Shown here piece after piece: positions 11,284-22,813 of a stretch of 64,000 nt of DNA. Where the stretch lies: contig OZ244621.1 in the NCBI GenBank assembly GCA_965218425.1, forward strand, positions 2,112,001 to 2,176,000, written 5' to 3'. The stretch comes from an uncultured Candidatus Binatia bacterium. Its GTDB lineage: Bacteria > Desulfobacterota > Binatia > UBA9968 > CAXXLF01. The notes under the pieces were generated by a model. That model ran no database searches and was not told where the DNA came from. It saw only the letters and a program-made list of their open reading frames with translations. Each line of letters begins with the position of its first letter. Positions within the stretch are counted from its first letter, which is position 1. The position numbers were made by a program, and so were the translations under genes.

Positions 11284-11329
11284 GTTCAAAACGTTCAACG
11301 GATTGAACGTTTTGAACGACTTTAACGAT
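11284..11329. repeat. Perfect 15 bp inverted repeat built from 9-nt units
   Basis: GTTCAAAACGTTCAA-CGGA-TTGAACGTTTTGAAC, then GACTTTAACGAT. Confidence 0.75.
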
Positions 11330-11350
11330 TTTCAGATGTAATCCAAGGTT

Positions 11351-11776
11351 ATGGCTAAAAAAGTTGTAGGTGAGATTAAGCTACAGATACCGGCGGGCCA
11401 GGCGAACCCAAGTCCCCCCGTGGGTCCAGCGTTGGGGCAGCGGGGGGTCAATATCATGGAGTTTTGTAAGGCCTTCAATGCCGCCACTCAGGCCCAGCAG
11501 GGGATGATCATTCCGGTGGTGATAACGGTCTACGCCGATCGATCCTTTACCTTTATTACCAAGACTCCCCCCGCGGCGGTTCTGCTGAAGAAGGCGGCGG
11601 GAATCGAGAAGGGTTCTAAGGAACCCGGGAAAGAGAAAGTGGGAAAGGTCACCCGTGCGCAGATTCGGGAGATCGGACAGATTAAGATGACTGATTTGAC
11701 AGTGAGAAGTGTTGAGGCCGCTGAGAAAACCGTGGAGGGCACGGCGAGGAGTCTCGGTTTAGAAATCGTGGAATAG
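11351..11776 (+). CDS. rplK: 50S ribosomal protein L11
   Basis: [13 protein letters not shown] motif. Confidence 0.98.
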   Translation: MAKKVVGEIKLQIPAGQANPSPPVGPALGQRGVNIMEFCKAFNAATQAQQGMIIPVVITVYADRSFTFITKTPPAAVLLKKAAGIEKGSKEPGKEKVGKVTRAQIREIGQIKMTDLTVRSVEAAEKTVEGTARSLGLEIVE

Positions 11777-11786
11777 TGGGGAAAAA

Positions 11787-12491
11787 ATGAGCGTCAAGGG
11801 GAAATCCTATCGTTCCAAGTTGGAGAAAATTGATCGTGACCGGAGATACACCCTGGAGGAGGGTCTCAAGTTAGTTCGTGAAACGGCGCGGGTGAAATTT
11901 GATGAAACCGTGGAACTAGCCGTTCGGTTGGGAGTGGATCCTAGGCAGGCGGATCAAAACATTCGCGGCACCGTATTGCTTCCCCACGGGATGGGAAAGA
12001 CGGTGCAGGTTCTGGCCTTTGCCAAGGGGGAGAAGGAGAAAGAGGCCCAAGAGGCCGGTGCTGATTTTGTCGGTAGTGATGAACTCGTCAAGAAGATCAG
12101 CGACGGTTGGACCGACTTCGATAAGGCGGTGGCGACACCTGACATGATGGCTTCGGTGGGTAGGATCGGAAAGATACTTGGACCGCGGGGTCTGATGCCT
12201 AACCCGAAGGCCGGGACGGTGACCCAGAACATTGGTAAGGCCGTGCAAGAACTGAAGGCCGGCAAGTTGGAATTCAGAGTGGACAAGGCCGGCATTGTCC
12301 ATATGCCCATCGGTAAAGTTTCCTTTTCGGAAGAGCATCTGGTGGAGAACGCCAGGACCATATTGGCGTCCCTGGTGCGTGCCAAGCCCGCCTCGGCCAA
12401 AGGGAACTATATCCGCGCAGTGGCTATTTCCGCCACCATGGGACCAGGGATCAAGGTAGATCCGGCGCAGCTGCAATCCATGGCAGCCTAG
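11787..12491 (+). CDS. rplA: 50S ribosomal protein L1
   Basis: KFDETVE and [11 protein letters not shown] motifs. Confidence 0.98.
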   Translation: MSVKGKSYRSKLEKIDRDRRYTLEEGLKLVRETARVKFDETVELAVRLGVDPRQADQNIRGTVLLPHGMGKTVQVLAFAKGEKEKEAQEAGADFVGSDELVKKISDGWTDFDKAVATPDMMASVGRIGKILGPRGLMPNPKAGTVTQNIGKAVQELKAGKLEFRVDKAGIVHMPIGKVSFSEEHLVENARTILASLVRAKPASAKGNYIRAVAISATMGPGIKVDPAQLQSMAA

Positions 12492-12520
12492 CGTTATAAG
12501 AATAATTAGGAGGGTGCGTT

Positions 12521-13048
12521 TTGAATCGCGAGCAAAAAGCAGGGCAGGTAACTGAAGTCCAGGATAAATTTAAGGCGGCCAAGATGGCCATCGTAACAGA
12601 GTTTCGAGGTCTTACGGTCTCCCAGATGGCCCGGTTGCGCCGCGAGGTTTACGAAGCCTCGGGCGAGTACAAGGTTATCAAGAACACCATGGCCCGACTC
12701 GCCATACAGGACGGGGTCTTTAGCTCCCTGGAGAATATGCTCAAGGGGCCCAATGGGTGGGTTTTTTCCTACGAGGATCCAGTGAACCTGTCGAAGGCTC
12801 TGGTCAAGTTCTCCGAACAGCACGAGATGCTGAAGATCAAAGGTGGGGTCCTGGAGGGTGAGTTTTTGGAGGCGGCCACGGTGAAAGAACTCGCCAAAAT
12901 GCCCAGCCGACCTCAACTGCAGGCCAAGCTCTTGACCCTCATGCAGGCGCCGGGGACTCAGCTTGTTCGATTGATCCAGGAGCCGGGGGCGAGGGTGGCT
13001 CGCCTTGTGGAGACCATACGCAAGACAAAGTCAGAGCAAGAGAGTTGA
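12521..13048 (+). CDS. rplJ: 50S ribosomal protein L10 (TTG start)
   Basis: FRGLTV and VIKNTM motifs; SD AGGAGG. Confidence 0.96.
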   Translation: MNREQKAGQVTEVQDKFKAAKMAIVTEFRGLTVSQMARLRREVYEASGEYKVIKNTMARLAIQDGVFSSLENMLKGPNGWVFSYEDPVNLSKALVKFSEQHEMLKIKGGVLEGEFLEAATVKELAKMPSRPQLQAKLLTLMQAPGTQLVRLIQEPGARVARLVETIRKTKSEQES

Positions 13049-13080
13049 AATTTTATATCCGTTAGGGGGGGGAATCGATT

Positions 13081-13455
13081 ATGGAAACAGTGAATCGCGA
13101 CCAGGTAAAGGATTTTATCAAAAACATGAGTCTCCTAGAGGCCTCTGCACTGGTGAAGGAACTGGAAGAGGAGCTGGGTGTGAGCGCGGCGGCTCCTGTG
13201 GCCGTAATGGCGGGGCCCGCAGCGGCGGCTCCAGCGGAGGAGAAGACTGAGTTCGACGCCATCCTGACCGGGGCAGGAGATAAGAAGATTCAGGTCATTA
13301 AGGTGGTCCGGGAGCTGACGAGTTTGGGCCTGAAGGAGGCAAAGGACCTCGTGGACGGGACTCCCAGGGCGGTGAAGGAGGGGGTGTCCAAGGACGAAGC
13401 GGAGGACGTCAAGAAAAAGATCGAAGAAGTAGGAGGCAAGATCGAAATCAAGTAA
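13081..13455 (+). CDS. rplL: 50S ribosomal protein L7/L12
   Basis: AEEKTEFD and [10 protein letters not shown] motifs. Confidence 0.98.
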   Translation: METVNRDQVKDFIKNMSLLEASALVKELEEELGVSAAAPVAVMAGPAAAAPAEEKTEFDAILTGAGDKKIQVIKVVRELTSLGLKEAKDLVDGTPRAVKEGVSKDEAEDVKKKIEEVGGKIEIK

Positions 13456-13551
13456 GCGTCCAAACCCTGAGTCGTTTGTCGTTAGGGGGGAGGGGATATT
13501 TCCTCCCGCCTCATGAATCAAACTAACGGATTTTAACGAAGAGGAGTTATA

Positions 13552-16500
13552 ATGGCAGTTCGTGTGGCTAATAACTTAAGATTCCGCCGCAATTTTGGAA
13601 GAATTAAAAAAATTATTGAGATCCCTTATTTGATTGAGATTCAGAAAAACTCCTTTAACCTCTTCATACAAAAGGATGTTTCGCCAGACCAGCGTGAGGA
13701 CTTTGGACTGCAAGGTGTGTTTAAGTCGGTTTTCCCCATTAAAGACTTTAACGATACGGCCTCCCTGGAATTTGTTGGTTACAGTCTTGGCGAGCCAAAA
13801 TATGATGTAGGGGATTGTCGGCAACGGGGGATGACCTTCGCGGCGCCGCTTAAAGTGACTGTCCAGATGGTACTCTGGGATGTGGATCCGCAATCCAATG
13901 ATCGGAGCATTCGGAACATCAAGGAACAGGAGGTCTATTTTGGAGAGATCCCATTGATGACCAAGAATGGCACGTTCATGGTAAATGGGACGGAGCGTGT
14001 CATCGTCAGTCAACTCCATCGCTCCCCAGGGGTGTTTTTCGAACACGACAAGGGAAAGACCCATGCCAGCGGCAAGCTCCTCTATTCGGCTCGGGTCATC
14101 CCCTACCGTGGCTCCTGGCTGGATTTTGAATTCGACCCAAGGGATATCCTTTACGTGCGCATCGACCGGAGGAGGAAGTTTCCCGTAACGGTATTGCTCC
14201 GCGCCTTGGGGATGACCACGGAAGATCTCCTTAACTATTTTTACCAGACCGATACCGTGGTTTTCGACGGAAAAAAGACGAATTTAGTTTTCAAGCCCGA
14301 GCACTTTGTGGGGTTCAAAACCGGGAAGGATATTCGGGACCCGAAGTCCAACGATCTGATTGCGAAAGAGGGAAGAAAACTCACCCGGCTTCTGATCCGT
14401 CAGATGGAGGCTGCAAAAGTAAAGCATGTCCCTGTGGCACTGGAAGATGTCATCGGGCGTGTTGCCGCCCGTGACATCGTGGATCCCGAGAACCAAGAGG
14501 TGCTGGTGGAGTGTAATCAGGAGCTCACACAGGAGAAGCTGGAACTGATCAGGGATAAGGGCGTTGCGGAAATCGAAGTTATCTTTCTGGACGAATCCCG
14601 AGTGGGTCCCTATCTACGCGACACTTTGATTCAAGACAAAATGCATACTCCGGAGGAAGCCAGTTTAGAAATCTATCGGCGAATGCGCCCCGGCGATCCG
14701 CCCACCATACAACCGGCAACCACTTTTTTTAACAACTTGTTCTTTAACCCGGATCGCTACGATCTGTCCAAGGTGGGGAGGCTGAAGCTGAACCACCGGT
14801 TCAAATTCAACGTGCCCCTGGAGCAGGGGACCTTGCGCAAGGAAGACATTCTGGAAGTGGTTCGATATCTGATCGAACTGCGCAATGGTAATGGATTTGT
14901 GGACGATATCGACCACCTGGGCAATCGCCGGGTTCGGCCCGTAGGGGAGTTGGTGGAAAATCACTTCCGTATGGGTTTGGTTCGCATGGAGCGCGCCATC
15001 AAGGAAAAGATGAGTCTTCAAGATATCGATGCCCTGATGCCGCAGGAGTTGATCAACTATAAGCCCGTTTCGGCGGCCTTGAAGGAGTTTTTTGGCTCCA
15101 GCCAGCTTTCCCAATTCCTAGACCAAACCAATCCCCTGTCGGAGATTACCCATAAGCGGCGCCTCTCGGCCCTGGGACCCGGCGGTCTCACGAGAGAACG
15201 CGCCGGCTTTGAAGTGCGCGACGTTCACCCTACCCACTATGGTCGGGTTTGTCCCATTGAGACGCCGGAAGGGCCCAATATCGGTTTGATTGCATCCCTC
15301 TCAAGTTACGCAAGGGTGAACGAGTTTGGATTTATTGAGACCCCCTATCGAGAGGTTAGTGGTGGTCGCGTGAGCGAGCGAATCCGTTACCTGTCGGCCC
15401 TGGATGAAGAGGATCATGTGATCGCCCAGGCCAACGCGCCCATCGACAACCGGGGAACGTTTACCTCCGATCTGGTTTCTGCGCGTAAGGGCGGTGAGTT
15501 TGTGGTGGCTCGCCCGCAGGACGTGAACTTCATGGACGTTTCTCCCAATCAATTGGTCAGCGTGGCTGCCTCTCTCATTCCCTTCCTGGAAAACGATGAC
15601 GCCAATCGAGCGCTGATGGGTTCCAATATGCAGCGTCAGGCGGTTCCGCTTCTTCGGACTGAGGCTCCATTGGTGGGTACCGGAATGGAAAAGGTGGTGG
15701 CCCGTGATTCAGGGGCAACGGTGGTGGCTCTGCGGGATGGGGTGGTGGAGAACGTCGACTCCACCCGAGTGGTCGTGAAGGCCGATCGTCCTTCGGGATC
15801 CCACCGCGACACCGGAGTGGATATCTACGATCTGGTTAAATTCCAGCGCTCCAATCAAAATACTTGCATCAATCAGAGGCCCATCGTGGTGGTGGGCGAT
15901 CACGTGAAGAAGGAAGATGTCATTGCGGACGGGCCCTCCACCGAAATGGGAGAGCTGGCATTGGGCAGTAATCTCCTGGTGGCCCTCATGCCCTGGGGTG
16001 GGTACAACTTCGAGGATTCCATTCTCATCAGTGAGAGGGTGGTCAAAGAGGACGTGTATACCTCGGTCCATATCGAGGAATTCGAATGCGTTTCTCGGGA
16101 TACTAAACTTGGCCCGGAGGATATTACACGTGACATCCCCAATGTTGGCGATGAAGTACTGAAGGACCTCGATGAAAGTGGCGTCATTCGTATCGGCGCA
16201 GAGGTGGGGCCGGGAGATATCCTGGTGGGGAAGATCACTCCCAAAGGCGAGAGTCAGCTCTCACCCGAGGAAAAGCTCCTGCGCGCCATCTTTGGAGAAA
16301 AGGCCGGTGAAGTTCGGGATACCTCTCTTAGGGTTCCCCCGGGGGTGGAGGGAACCGTGACCAGTGTTCGTATCTTCTCTCGCAAAGGGATGGGCAAGGA
16401 CGAGCGCAGTAAGGTCATTGAGGACGAGGAGATCGATCGGCTGAAAAAGGATCAGCAGGATGAAATCCGTATCATCCAAGAAGGAGCCCTTAAGCGCATC

Positions 16501-17664
16501 AAGAAGCTCCTGGTGGGTCGTGTGGCATCGGCCCGGGTCTGTGACGATAGCCGAAAGGTTCTTTTAAACAAAGGTGAGGAGATTACCGAAGAGGATGTGG
16601 ACCAAATCCCCAGGGCGTACCTGGGGGAGATTCGTGTGGATCATGAATCCACGGAGAACGAGGTTCGACGCGTTTTGGATGGCATGAACGAGCAGGCGGA
16701 TCTGATCAAAGTGGTTTTCCAGGATAAGATCAACCGGCTCAAGAGCGGCGATGAGCTACCCCCCGGGGTAATCAAGATGGTGACGGTGCTGGTGGCCATT
16801 AAGCGAAAACTGCAGGTGGGAGACAAGATGGCCGGGCGGCACGGTAACAAAGGGGTTATCTCTCGAATCATGCCCGAGGAGGATATGCCCTATCTGGAAG
16901 ACGGTACCCCCGTGGATATTGTACTGAACCCCCTGGGAGTCCCCTCCCGAATGAACGTGGGACAGATCCTTGAAGCTCACCTGGGCTGGGCCACGCGAAA
17001 GTTAGGGGATCAGATCGATAAACTGCTCAATCACGATAAGGCGGATGTGGATGGTCTTAGAAAACACCTAAAGGAGTATTTGGCGTCGAAGGAGATCAAT
17101 GAGTTCATTGATTCACTGACCGATCAGGATGTAGTCCGACTGGGTCAGAAGTATCGTTGCGGGATCCCCGTGGCGTCACCGGTCTTTGATGGTAGCCGGG
17201 AGGAGGAAACTTTTCGGCTGTTAAAGGAATCGGGTCTACCGGTGGAGGGACAGACCACGCTTTACGATGGTCGAAATGGGCACCCCTTCGATCAACAGGT
17301 GACCGTCGGCATGATGTATATGATGAAACTGCACCATCTCGTGGACGATAAGATTCATGCCCGTTCCACGGGTCCTTATTCCCTCGTGACCCAGCAACCT
17401 TTGGGTGGAAAAGCACAGTTCGGTGGGCAGCGCCTCGGAGAAATGGAAGTCTGGGCCTTGGAGGCCTATGGAGCCGCCTACACGCTGCAGGAGATGCTGA
17501 CGGTAAAATCGGATGATGTGGCGGGACGGACGCGCATGTACGAAGGCATCTTCAAAGGAGACAATTTGTTGGAGCCCGGCCTGCCGGAATCTTTTAACGT
17601 TATGGTCAAAGAGCTCCAGAGTCTGTGTTTGGATGTTGAATTAATGGAAGGCGAGAAGGGTTAA
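13552..17664 (+). CDS. rpoB: RNA polymerase beta subunit
   Basis: [21 protein letters not shown] and [12 protein letters not shown] motifs. Confidence 0.99.
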   Translation: MAVRVANNLRFRRNFGRIKKIIEIPYLIEIQKNSFNLFIQKDVSPDQREDFGLQGVFKSVFPIKDFNDTASLEFVGYSLGEPKYDVGDCRQRGMTFAAPLKVTVQMVLWDVDPQSNDRSIRNIKEQEVYFGEIPLMTKNGTFMVNGTERVIVSQLHRSPGVFFEHDKGKTHASGKLLYSARVIPYRGSWLDFEFDPRDILYVRIDRRRKFPVTVLLRALGMTTEDLLNYFYQTDTVVFDGKKTNLVFKPEHFVGFKTGKDIRDPKSNDLIAKEGRKLTRLLIRQMEAAKVKHVPVALEDVIGRVAARDIVDPENQEVLVECNQELTQEKLELIRDKGVAEIEVIFLDESRVGPYLRDTLIQDKMHTPEEASLEIYRRMRPGDPPTIQPATTFFNNLFFNPDRYDLSKVGRLKLNHRFKFNVPLEQGTLRKEDILEVVRYLIELRNGNGFVDDIDHLGNRRVRPVGELVENHFRMGLVRMERAIKEKMSLQDIDALMPQELINYKPVSAALKEFFGSSQLSQFLDQTNPLSEITHKRRLSALGPGGLTRERAGFEVRDVHPTHYGRVCPIETPEGPNIGLIASLSSYARVNEFGFIETPYREVSGGRVSERIRYLSALDEEDHVIAQANAPIDNRGTFTSDLVSARKGGEFVVARPQDVNFMDVSPNQLVSVAASLIPFLENDDANRALMGSNMQRQAVPLLRTEAPLVGTGMEKVVARDSGATVVALRDGVVENVDSTRVVVKADRPSGSHRDTGVDIYDLVKFQRSNQNTCINQRPIVVVGDHVKKEDVIADGPSTEMGELALGSNLLVALMPWGGYNFEDSILISERVVKEDVYTSVHIEEFECVSRDTKLGPEDITRDIPNVGDEVLKDLDESGVIRIGAEVGPGDILVGKITPKGESQLSPEEKLLRAIFGEKAGEVRDTSLRVPPGVEGTVTSVRIFSRKGMGKDERSKVIEDEEIDRLKKDQQDEIRIIQEGALKRIKKLLVGRVASARVCDDSRKVLLNKGEEITEEDVDQIPRAYLGEIRVDHESTENEVRRVLDGMNEQADLIKVVFQDKINRLKSGDELPPGVIKMVTVLVAIKRKLQVGDKMAGRHGNKGVISRIMPEEDMPYLEDGTPVDIVLNPLGVPSRMNVGQILEAHLGWATRKLGDQIDKLLNHDKADVDGLRKHLKEYLASKEINEFIDSLTDQDVVRLGQKYRCGIPVASPVFDGSREEETFRLLKESGLPVEGQTTLYDGRNGHPFDQQVTVGMMYMMKLHHLVDDKIHARSTGPYSLVTQQPLGGKAQFGGQRLGEMEVWALEAYGAAYTLQEMLTVKSDDVAGRTRMYEGIFKGDNLLEPGLPESFNVMVKELQSLCLDVELMEGEKG

Positions 17665-17680
17665 TTTTAGGAGGTTCCTA

Positions 17681-20600
17681 GTGGAAGAACTCTTTAATCT
17701 CTTCGAGAAACCTAAGAATCCGCTAAGTTTCAATGCCATCAGAGTGGCCCTTGCCTCTCCGGAAAAGATCCGATCTTGGTCCCACGGCGAGGTCAGGAAG
17801 TCGGAGACCATCAACTACCGGACCTTTAAACCGGAGCGGGATGGTCTTTTCTGTGCCAAGATTTTTGGTCCCACCAAGGACTACGAGTGCAATTGTGGAA
17901 AATACAAAAGGATGAGACACCGTGGAGTGGTGTGTGAAAAGTGCGGTGTTGAGGTGATTCAGTCGAAGGTACGGCGCGAGCGGATGGGTCACATTGAGCT
18001 AGCCACGCCGGTGGCACATATCTGGTTTTTGAAAAGCCTTCCAAGTCGTATCGGCGCCCTTTTGGATATGTCGTTAAAGGATCTTGAGAAGGTCCTCTAT
18101 TTTGAATCCTACGTGGTTACCGATCCCGGCAACACTCCCCTACAGGTCCAAGAGCTGCTTACAGAGGCCCGCTACCGAAAAGCCGTGGAGGAATACGGTC
18201 CCACCTTTAGCGCTGAAATGGGCGCAGGGGCTATTCGTAAGCTTCTCGCATCGGTTGACGAGGAGAAGCTATCGGAAGAGCTCCGCGTGGAGATGCGAGA
18301 CACCAATTCTGAAGTCCGGCGCAAAAAAGTGGCCAAGCGACTCAAGGTGCTCAATGCCTTCAAAAACTCTGGAAACCGGCCGGAATGGATGATTTTGGAA
18401 GCCGTTCCGGTTATCCCCCCCGATTTGCGTCCTCTGGTCCCTCTCGATGGCGGGCGATTTGCCACCTCGGACCTCAATGATCTTTACCGACGAGTGATCA
18501 ATCGAAACAACCGTCTCAAGAGACTCATGGAGCTTAGCGCCCCGGACATCATCATCCGCAATGAGAAACGGATGTTGCAAGAGGCGGTGGATGCCATGTT
18601 CGATAACGGTCGCAGGGGCAGGGCTATTACGGGGCCGAACCGTCGGCCTCTTAAATCGTTGAGCGATATGCTCAAGGGTAAAACGGGACGCTTCCGTCAA
18701 AACCTCCTGGGCAAGCGCGTGGATTATTCGGGTCGTTCCGTGATCGTGGTGGGTCCGGAGCTTAGACTCCACCAGTGTGGGTTGCCGAAAAAGATGGCAT
18801 TGGAGCTTTTCAAGCCCTTTATCTACAACAAACTGGAAGAGCGGGGTCTTGTGACCACCATTAAGAGCGCGAAAAAAGTGGTGGAAAAGGAACGCTCCGA
18901 GGTCTGGGATATTCTGGAGGAAGTTATCCGGGAGCATCCCATCCTGCTAAACCGTGCCCCCACCCTTCACCGCCTGGGATTCCAGGCCTTTGAGCCCATT
19001 TTGATTGAGGGTAAGGCGATTCAACTGCACCCTCTGGTATGTGCTGCGTATAACGCTGATTTCGATGGAGATCAAATGGCGGTCCATGTCCCCTTGTCCG
19101 TAGAGGCTCAGGTGGAGGCCAGGGCCCTCATGATGTCCACAAATAATATTCTTTCACCTGCAAACGGTAAACCCATCATCGTCCCCACCCAGGATACGGT
19201 TTTGGGCCTTTACTACATGACGCGAGAGCGAGTCAATGCCAAGGGAACCGGCCGAGTCTATACCAGCCCCCTGGAGGTTCGCATTGCCTTTGATCATGGG
19301 GAAGCGGATCTCCAAGCGCGGATAACCGTTCGCATGGATGGCGAGAGGATCAACTCCACGGTGGGCCGGGTGCTCCTCTATGAAGTGATTCCTCCCATGA
19401 TCCCCTTCAGCGAGGTGAACCGCGTGATGAAGAAAAAGGAGCTGGGGAACCTGATTGACCTTAGCTACCGGCTGGCGGGCAATAAGGCGACGGTTATCCT
19501 TGCGGATAGGCTGAAGGACGTTGGATACCAATATGCCACGAAGGCAGGGATTTCCATCGCCCTCAAGGATATGATGATCCCCGCGGGTAAGGAGCAGTTG
19601 CTTAATGGGGCCTATGGGGATGTGCGAGAGATCGAGGAGCAATACAAGGACGGTCTCATTACGGACGGGGAGCGCTATAACAAGGTCGTCGATATCTGGG
19701 CGGAAGTGACGGATCGAATTGCGGACGAAATGCTGCGCGATCTAGCCACGGAGACCGTCACCGACGAAAACGGCAAGAAGCTCACTGTACCAAGCTTCAA
19801 TCCCATCTTTATGATGGCTGATTCTGGAGCCAGGGGCAGTGCGCAGCAGATTCGACAGCTGGCCGGCATGCGTGGTTTGATGGCGAAACCTTCCGGTGAA
19901 ATTATTGAAACGCCCATCACTGCGAACTTTCGCGAGGGTCTGAGCGTGCTTCAGTACTTTATTTCCACTCACGGTGCGCGAAAGGGGTTGGCCGATACGG
20001 CATTGAAGACCGCCAACTCAGGCTATTTGACCCGACGTCTCGTGGATGTGGCCCAGGATTCGGTCATCAGTGGGGAGAACTGCGGAACTCTGGATGGAAT
20101 CGAAATCACCCCCTTGATGGAAGGTGGTGAGATCATAGAACCCCTCGGCGATCGTGTGCTTGGCCGGGTGGCCTTGGAAGACGTGAGGGATCCCTATACA
20201 GGCCAGGTCATTGTAAAGGCCAATCAAGAGATCGACGAGGATCTGGTTAAAGGTATCGAGGAGGCCGGGCTGGAGCGCATCAGGATTCGCTCGGTGTTGA
20301 CCTGTCAGTCGAAACGAGGGGTCTGCGTCATGTGCTACGGTCGGGACCTGGCACGTGGCCATATGGTGAACCACGGTGAGGCCATCGGTGTCGTTGCAGC
20401 CCAGTCCATCGGTGAACCGGGTACGCAGCTCACCATGAGAACCTTCCATATCGGAGGAACGGCGAGCCGAAGGGCGGAACAAACCACCCTGGAGGCGCGC
20501 AACGAAGGTTTTATCAAATTCATCAATGTCAACACGGTTGCCGCCAAGAGCGGGGATCTCGTGGTGATGAGTCGCAACAGCGAAATCGCCATCGTGGATT

Positions 20601-21811
20601 ATCCGGAAGGAAAGGACAAGGGCAGAGAAAGAGAGAGGGAGCGCTACACCATTGTGTATGGTGCCCGATTAAAGAAAGAGAACGATTCCAAAGTCAAAGC
20701 GGGGGAGCTGATCGCCGAATGGGATCCGTATACGGTTCCCATCATTACTGAGGTGGGTGGAGTGGTCAAGTTCGGCGATATCCTCGAGGGATCCACCATG
20801 GAAGAGAAGGTGGATGAGCGGACCGGGTTATCCACTAAAGTCATCATCGAGTTCAAGGACATCGACAAACGCCCGCGTATCTCCATTAAGGATAAGGCAG
20901 GAAAGACCGCTCGTTTCTCTCCCACCACGGAGGCACGTTATTTATTGCCTGTGGGTGCCCACATCCACGTGCAAGAAGGACAGACCATTGCGGCGGGTGA
21001 TGCGCTGGCCAAGATTCCACGTGAGACCACCAAGACTAAGGATATTACGGGAGGCCTGCCCCGGGTGGCAGAGCTGTTTGAAGCCCGCAAGCCCAAAGAG
21101 TTTGCCGTCATTAGTGAAATCGACGGTGCCGTCTCCTTTGGTAAGGATACCAAGGGAAAACGTAAGGTTGTGGTAACCCCCGACGTGGGAGAACCCAGAG
21201 AGTACCTCATCCAAAAGGGCAAGCACATCAGCGTCCACGAAGGAGATTGGGTCAGAGCCGGTGAGGCGCTCATGCAAGGTTCGTCAAACCCCCATGACAT
21301 CCTTAACATCCTGGGTGAGAAGGCGTTGGCGAAGTACTTGGTGGATGAGGTGCAGGAGATCTATCGACTGCAGGGAGTGCGGATCAATGATAAGCACATC
21401 GAGGTGATCGTCAGGCAGATGCTCCGCCGGGTGCGCATTAAAGAGGTGGGGGATACAGATTTCCTCGTGGGTGACCAGGTGGAAAAGTGGGACTTCGAGG
21501 ATGAAAACCGCAGGGTGATGGGACAAAAGGGAAAACCGGCTGTGGCGGAGCCTCTTCTCCTCGGCATCACCAAAGCCTCTCTGTCCACAGGGAGCTTCAT
21601 CTCTGCAGCCTCCTTCCAGGAGACCACCAAAGTCCTTACGGAAGCGGCGATCCACGGGAAAGTGGATCCCCTTATCGGTCTAAAGGAGAACGTTATTATG
21701 GGAAAACTGATACCTGCGGGTACCGGGTTGGCCGAGTACGCTGACGTGCAGATTGAAGTGAAGGAGCCCGAGCTGCACGAAACGGTAGTTTCAGACGCTG
21801 AGGTGGCATAA
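17681..21811 (+). CDS. rpoC: RNA polymerase beta' subunit
   Basis: NADFDGD catalytic motif; N-terminal zinc finger. Confidence 0.99.
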   Translation: MEELFNLFEKPKNPLSFNAIRVALASPEKIRSWSHGEVRKSETINYRTFKPERDGLFCAKIFGPTKDYECNCGKYKRMRHRGVVCEKCGVEVIQSKVRRERMGHIELATPVAHIWFLKSLPSRIGALLDMSLKDLEKVLYFESYVVTDPGNTPLQVQELLTEARYRKAVEEYGPTFSAEMGAGAIRKLLASVDEEKLSEELRVEMRDTNSEVRRKKVAKRLKVLNAFKNSGNRPEWMILEAVPVIPPDLRPLVPLDGGRFATSDLNDLYRRVINRNNRLKRLMELSAPDIIIRNEKRMLQEAVDAMFDNGRRGRAITGPNRRPLKSLSDMLKGKTGRFRQNLLGKRVDYSGRSVIVVGPELRLHQCGLPKKMALELFKPFIYNKLEERGLVTTIKSAKKVVEKERSEVWDILEEVIREHPILLNRAPTLHRLGFQAFEPILIEGKAIQLHPLVCAAYNADFDGDQMAVHVPLSVEAQVEARALMMSTNNILSPANGKPIIVPTQDTVLGLYYMTRERVNAKGTGRVYTSPLEVRIAFDHGEADLQARITVRMDGERINSTVGRVLLYEVIPPMIPFSEVNRVMKKKELGNLIDLSYRLAGNKATVILADRLKDVGYQYATKAGISIALKDMMIPAGKEQLLNGAYGDVREIEEQYKDGLITDGERYNKVVDIWAEVTDRIADEMLRDLATETVTDENGKKLTVPSFNPIFMMADSGARGSAQQIRQLAGMRGLMAKPSGEIIETPITANFREGLSVLQYFISTHGARKGLADTALKTANSGYLTRRLVDVAQDSVISGENCGTLDGIEITPLMEGGEIIEPLGDRVLGRVALEDVRDPYTGQVIVKANQEIDEDLVKGIEEAGLERIRIRSVLTCQSKRGVCVMCYGRDLARGHMVNHGEAIGVVAAQSIGEPGTQLTMRTFHIGGTASRRAEQTTLEARNEGFIKFINVNTVAAKSGDLVVMSRNSEIAIVDYPEGKDKGRERERERYTIVYGARLKKENDSKVKAGELIAEWDPYTVPIITEVGGVVKFGDILEGSTMEEKVDERTGLSTKVIIEFKDIDKRPRISIKDKAGKTARFSPTTEARYLLPVGAHIHVQEGQTIAAGDALAKIPRETTKTKDITGGLPRVAELFEARKPKEFAVISEIDGAVSFGKDTKGKRKVVVTPDVGEPREYLIQKGKHISVHEGDWVRAGEALMQGSSNPHDILNILGEKALAKYLVDEVQEIYRLQGVRINDKHIEVIVRQMLRRVRIKEVGDTDFLVGDQVEKWDFEDENRRVMGQKGKPAVAEPLLLGITKASLSTGSFISAASFQETTKVLTEAAIHGKVDPLIGLKENVIMGKLIPAGTGLAEYADVQIEVKEPELHETVVSDAEVA

Positions 21812-21815
21812 TCGA

Positions 21816-21845
21816 TTGACATTATGGGAATTTTTCTTGTACATT
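21816..21845 (+). promoter_or_regulatory. Putative sigma70 promoter for the str operon
   Basis: TTGACA-18 nt-TACATT upstream of rpsL. Confidence 0.5.
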
Positions 21846-21892
21846 GCATGATTTGTAATTCAATAAGAAAGCGGAGATAACAGAGCAACCCT

Positions 21893-22264
21893 ATGCCGAC
21901 AACTAATCAATTGGTTCGAACGGGTCGCGTCATTCAGCGTCGGAAAAATACTGCGCCTGCTCTGCAGGGATGCCCTCAGAAAAGGGGGGTGTGTATTAGG
22001 GTCTATACCTCGACACCTAAGAAGCCGAACTCGGCTTTGCGCAAAGTAGCTCGGGTCAGGTTGACCAACGGAATTGAAGTGACCTCCTATATTCCCGGTG
22101 TTGGTCATAATCTTCAAGAGCACTCGGTGATTTTAACCCGGGGCGGAAGAGTGAAGGATCTACCGGGCGTAAGGTATCATATTATTCGTGGAACTTTGGA
22201 TTCCATTGGAGTTCAGGACCGGCGCCAGGGTCGTTCAAAATACGGGGCGAAGAAACCGAAGTAG
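21893..22264 (+). CDS. rpsL: 30S ribosomal protein S12
   Basis: [11 protein letters not shown] and [10 protein letters not shown] motifs. Confidence 0.99.
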   Translation: MPTTNQLVRTGRVIQRRKNTAPALQGCPQKRGVCIRVYTSTPKKPNSALRKVARVRLTNGIEVTSYIPGVGHNLQEHSVILTRGGRVKDLPGVRYHIIRGTLDSIGVQDRRQGRSKYGAKKPK

Positions 22265-22268
22265 CGAA

Positions 22269-22739
22269 ATGCCACGCAAGGGAGAAATAAGAAGGAGAGA
22301 TATTTTGCCCGACCCGAGATACGGGGACAAGCTGGTGGCAAAGTTTATTAACACCATGATGTCAGCGGGCAAGAAGAGCGTGCTGGAGGGAGTTCTTTAC
22401 GGCTCGCTGGATCTCATTGCGGCCAAGACCAAGGGAGATGCATTGGGGGTCTTTAAGCAGGCAGTGGAAAACACGCGCCCCATGCTTGAGGTCCGTTCCC
22501 GTCGGGTGGGTGGAGCCACCTATCAGGTTCCCGTGGAGGTTCGTCCTCAGCGGCGTGTTTCGCTGAGTATTCGCTGGTTGATCCAAGCCGCGCGGTCTCG
22601 AAGTGAAAAATCCATGGAGGAGAAGCTGGCGGCAGAGTTCATCGATGCCTCAAACCAGCGAGGCAACGCAATTAAAAAGAAGGAAGACACCCATCGAATG
22701 GCAGAGGCGAATAGGGCCTTTGCCCATTACCGGTGGTAA
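22269..22739 (+). CDS. rpsG: 30S ribosomal protein S7
   Basis: MPRKG start; [12 protein letters not shown]-terminal AFAHYRW. Confidence 0.98.
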   Translation: MPRKGEIRRRDILPDPRYGDKLVAKFINTMMSAGKKSVLEGVLYGSLDLIAAKTKGDALGVFKQAVENTRPMLEVRSRRVGGATYQVPVEVRPQRRVSLSIRWLIQAARSRSEKSMEEKLAAEFIDASNQRGNAIKKKEDTHRMAEANRAFAHYRW

Positions 22740-22760
22740 TTGTGTCGGAGGATTTCATAG

Positions 22761-22799
22761 AGACGAAGGAGGCGGCTGGACCGCCTTCTTTTTTTGTCT
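22761..22799 (+). terminator. Intrinsic-terminator-like hairpin between rpsG and fusA
   Basis: GGAGGCGG-CTGGA-CCGCCTTC followed by T7. Confidence 0.55.
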
Positions 22800-22813
22800 A
22801 ACGACTCAAGGCA

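Noticed and set aside
13484..13513. Hairpin between rplL and rpoB
   Set aside because: Imperfect stem with no T tract; an attenuator-like structure at this position is commonplace
15082..15186. RpoB rifampicin-resistance region variant (QFLDQ)
   Set aside because: The key Asp, His and Ser residues are intact; this is ordinary variation
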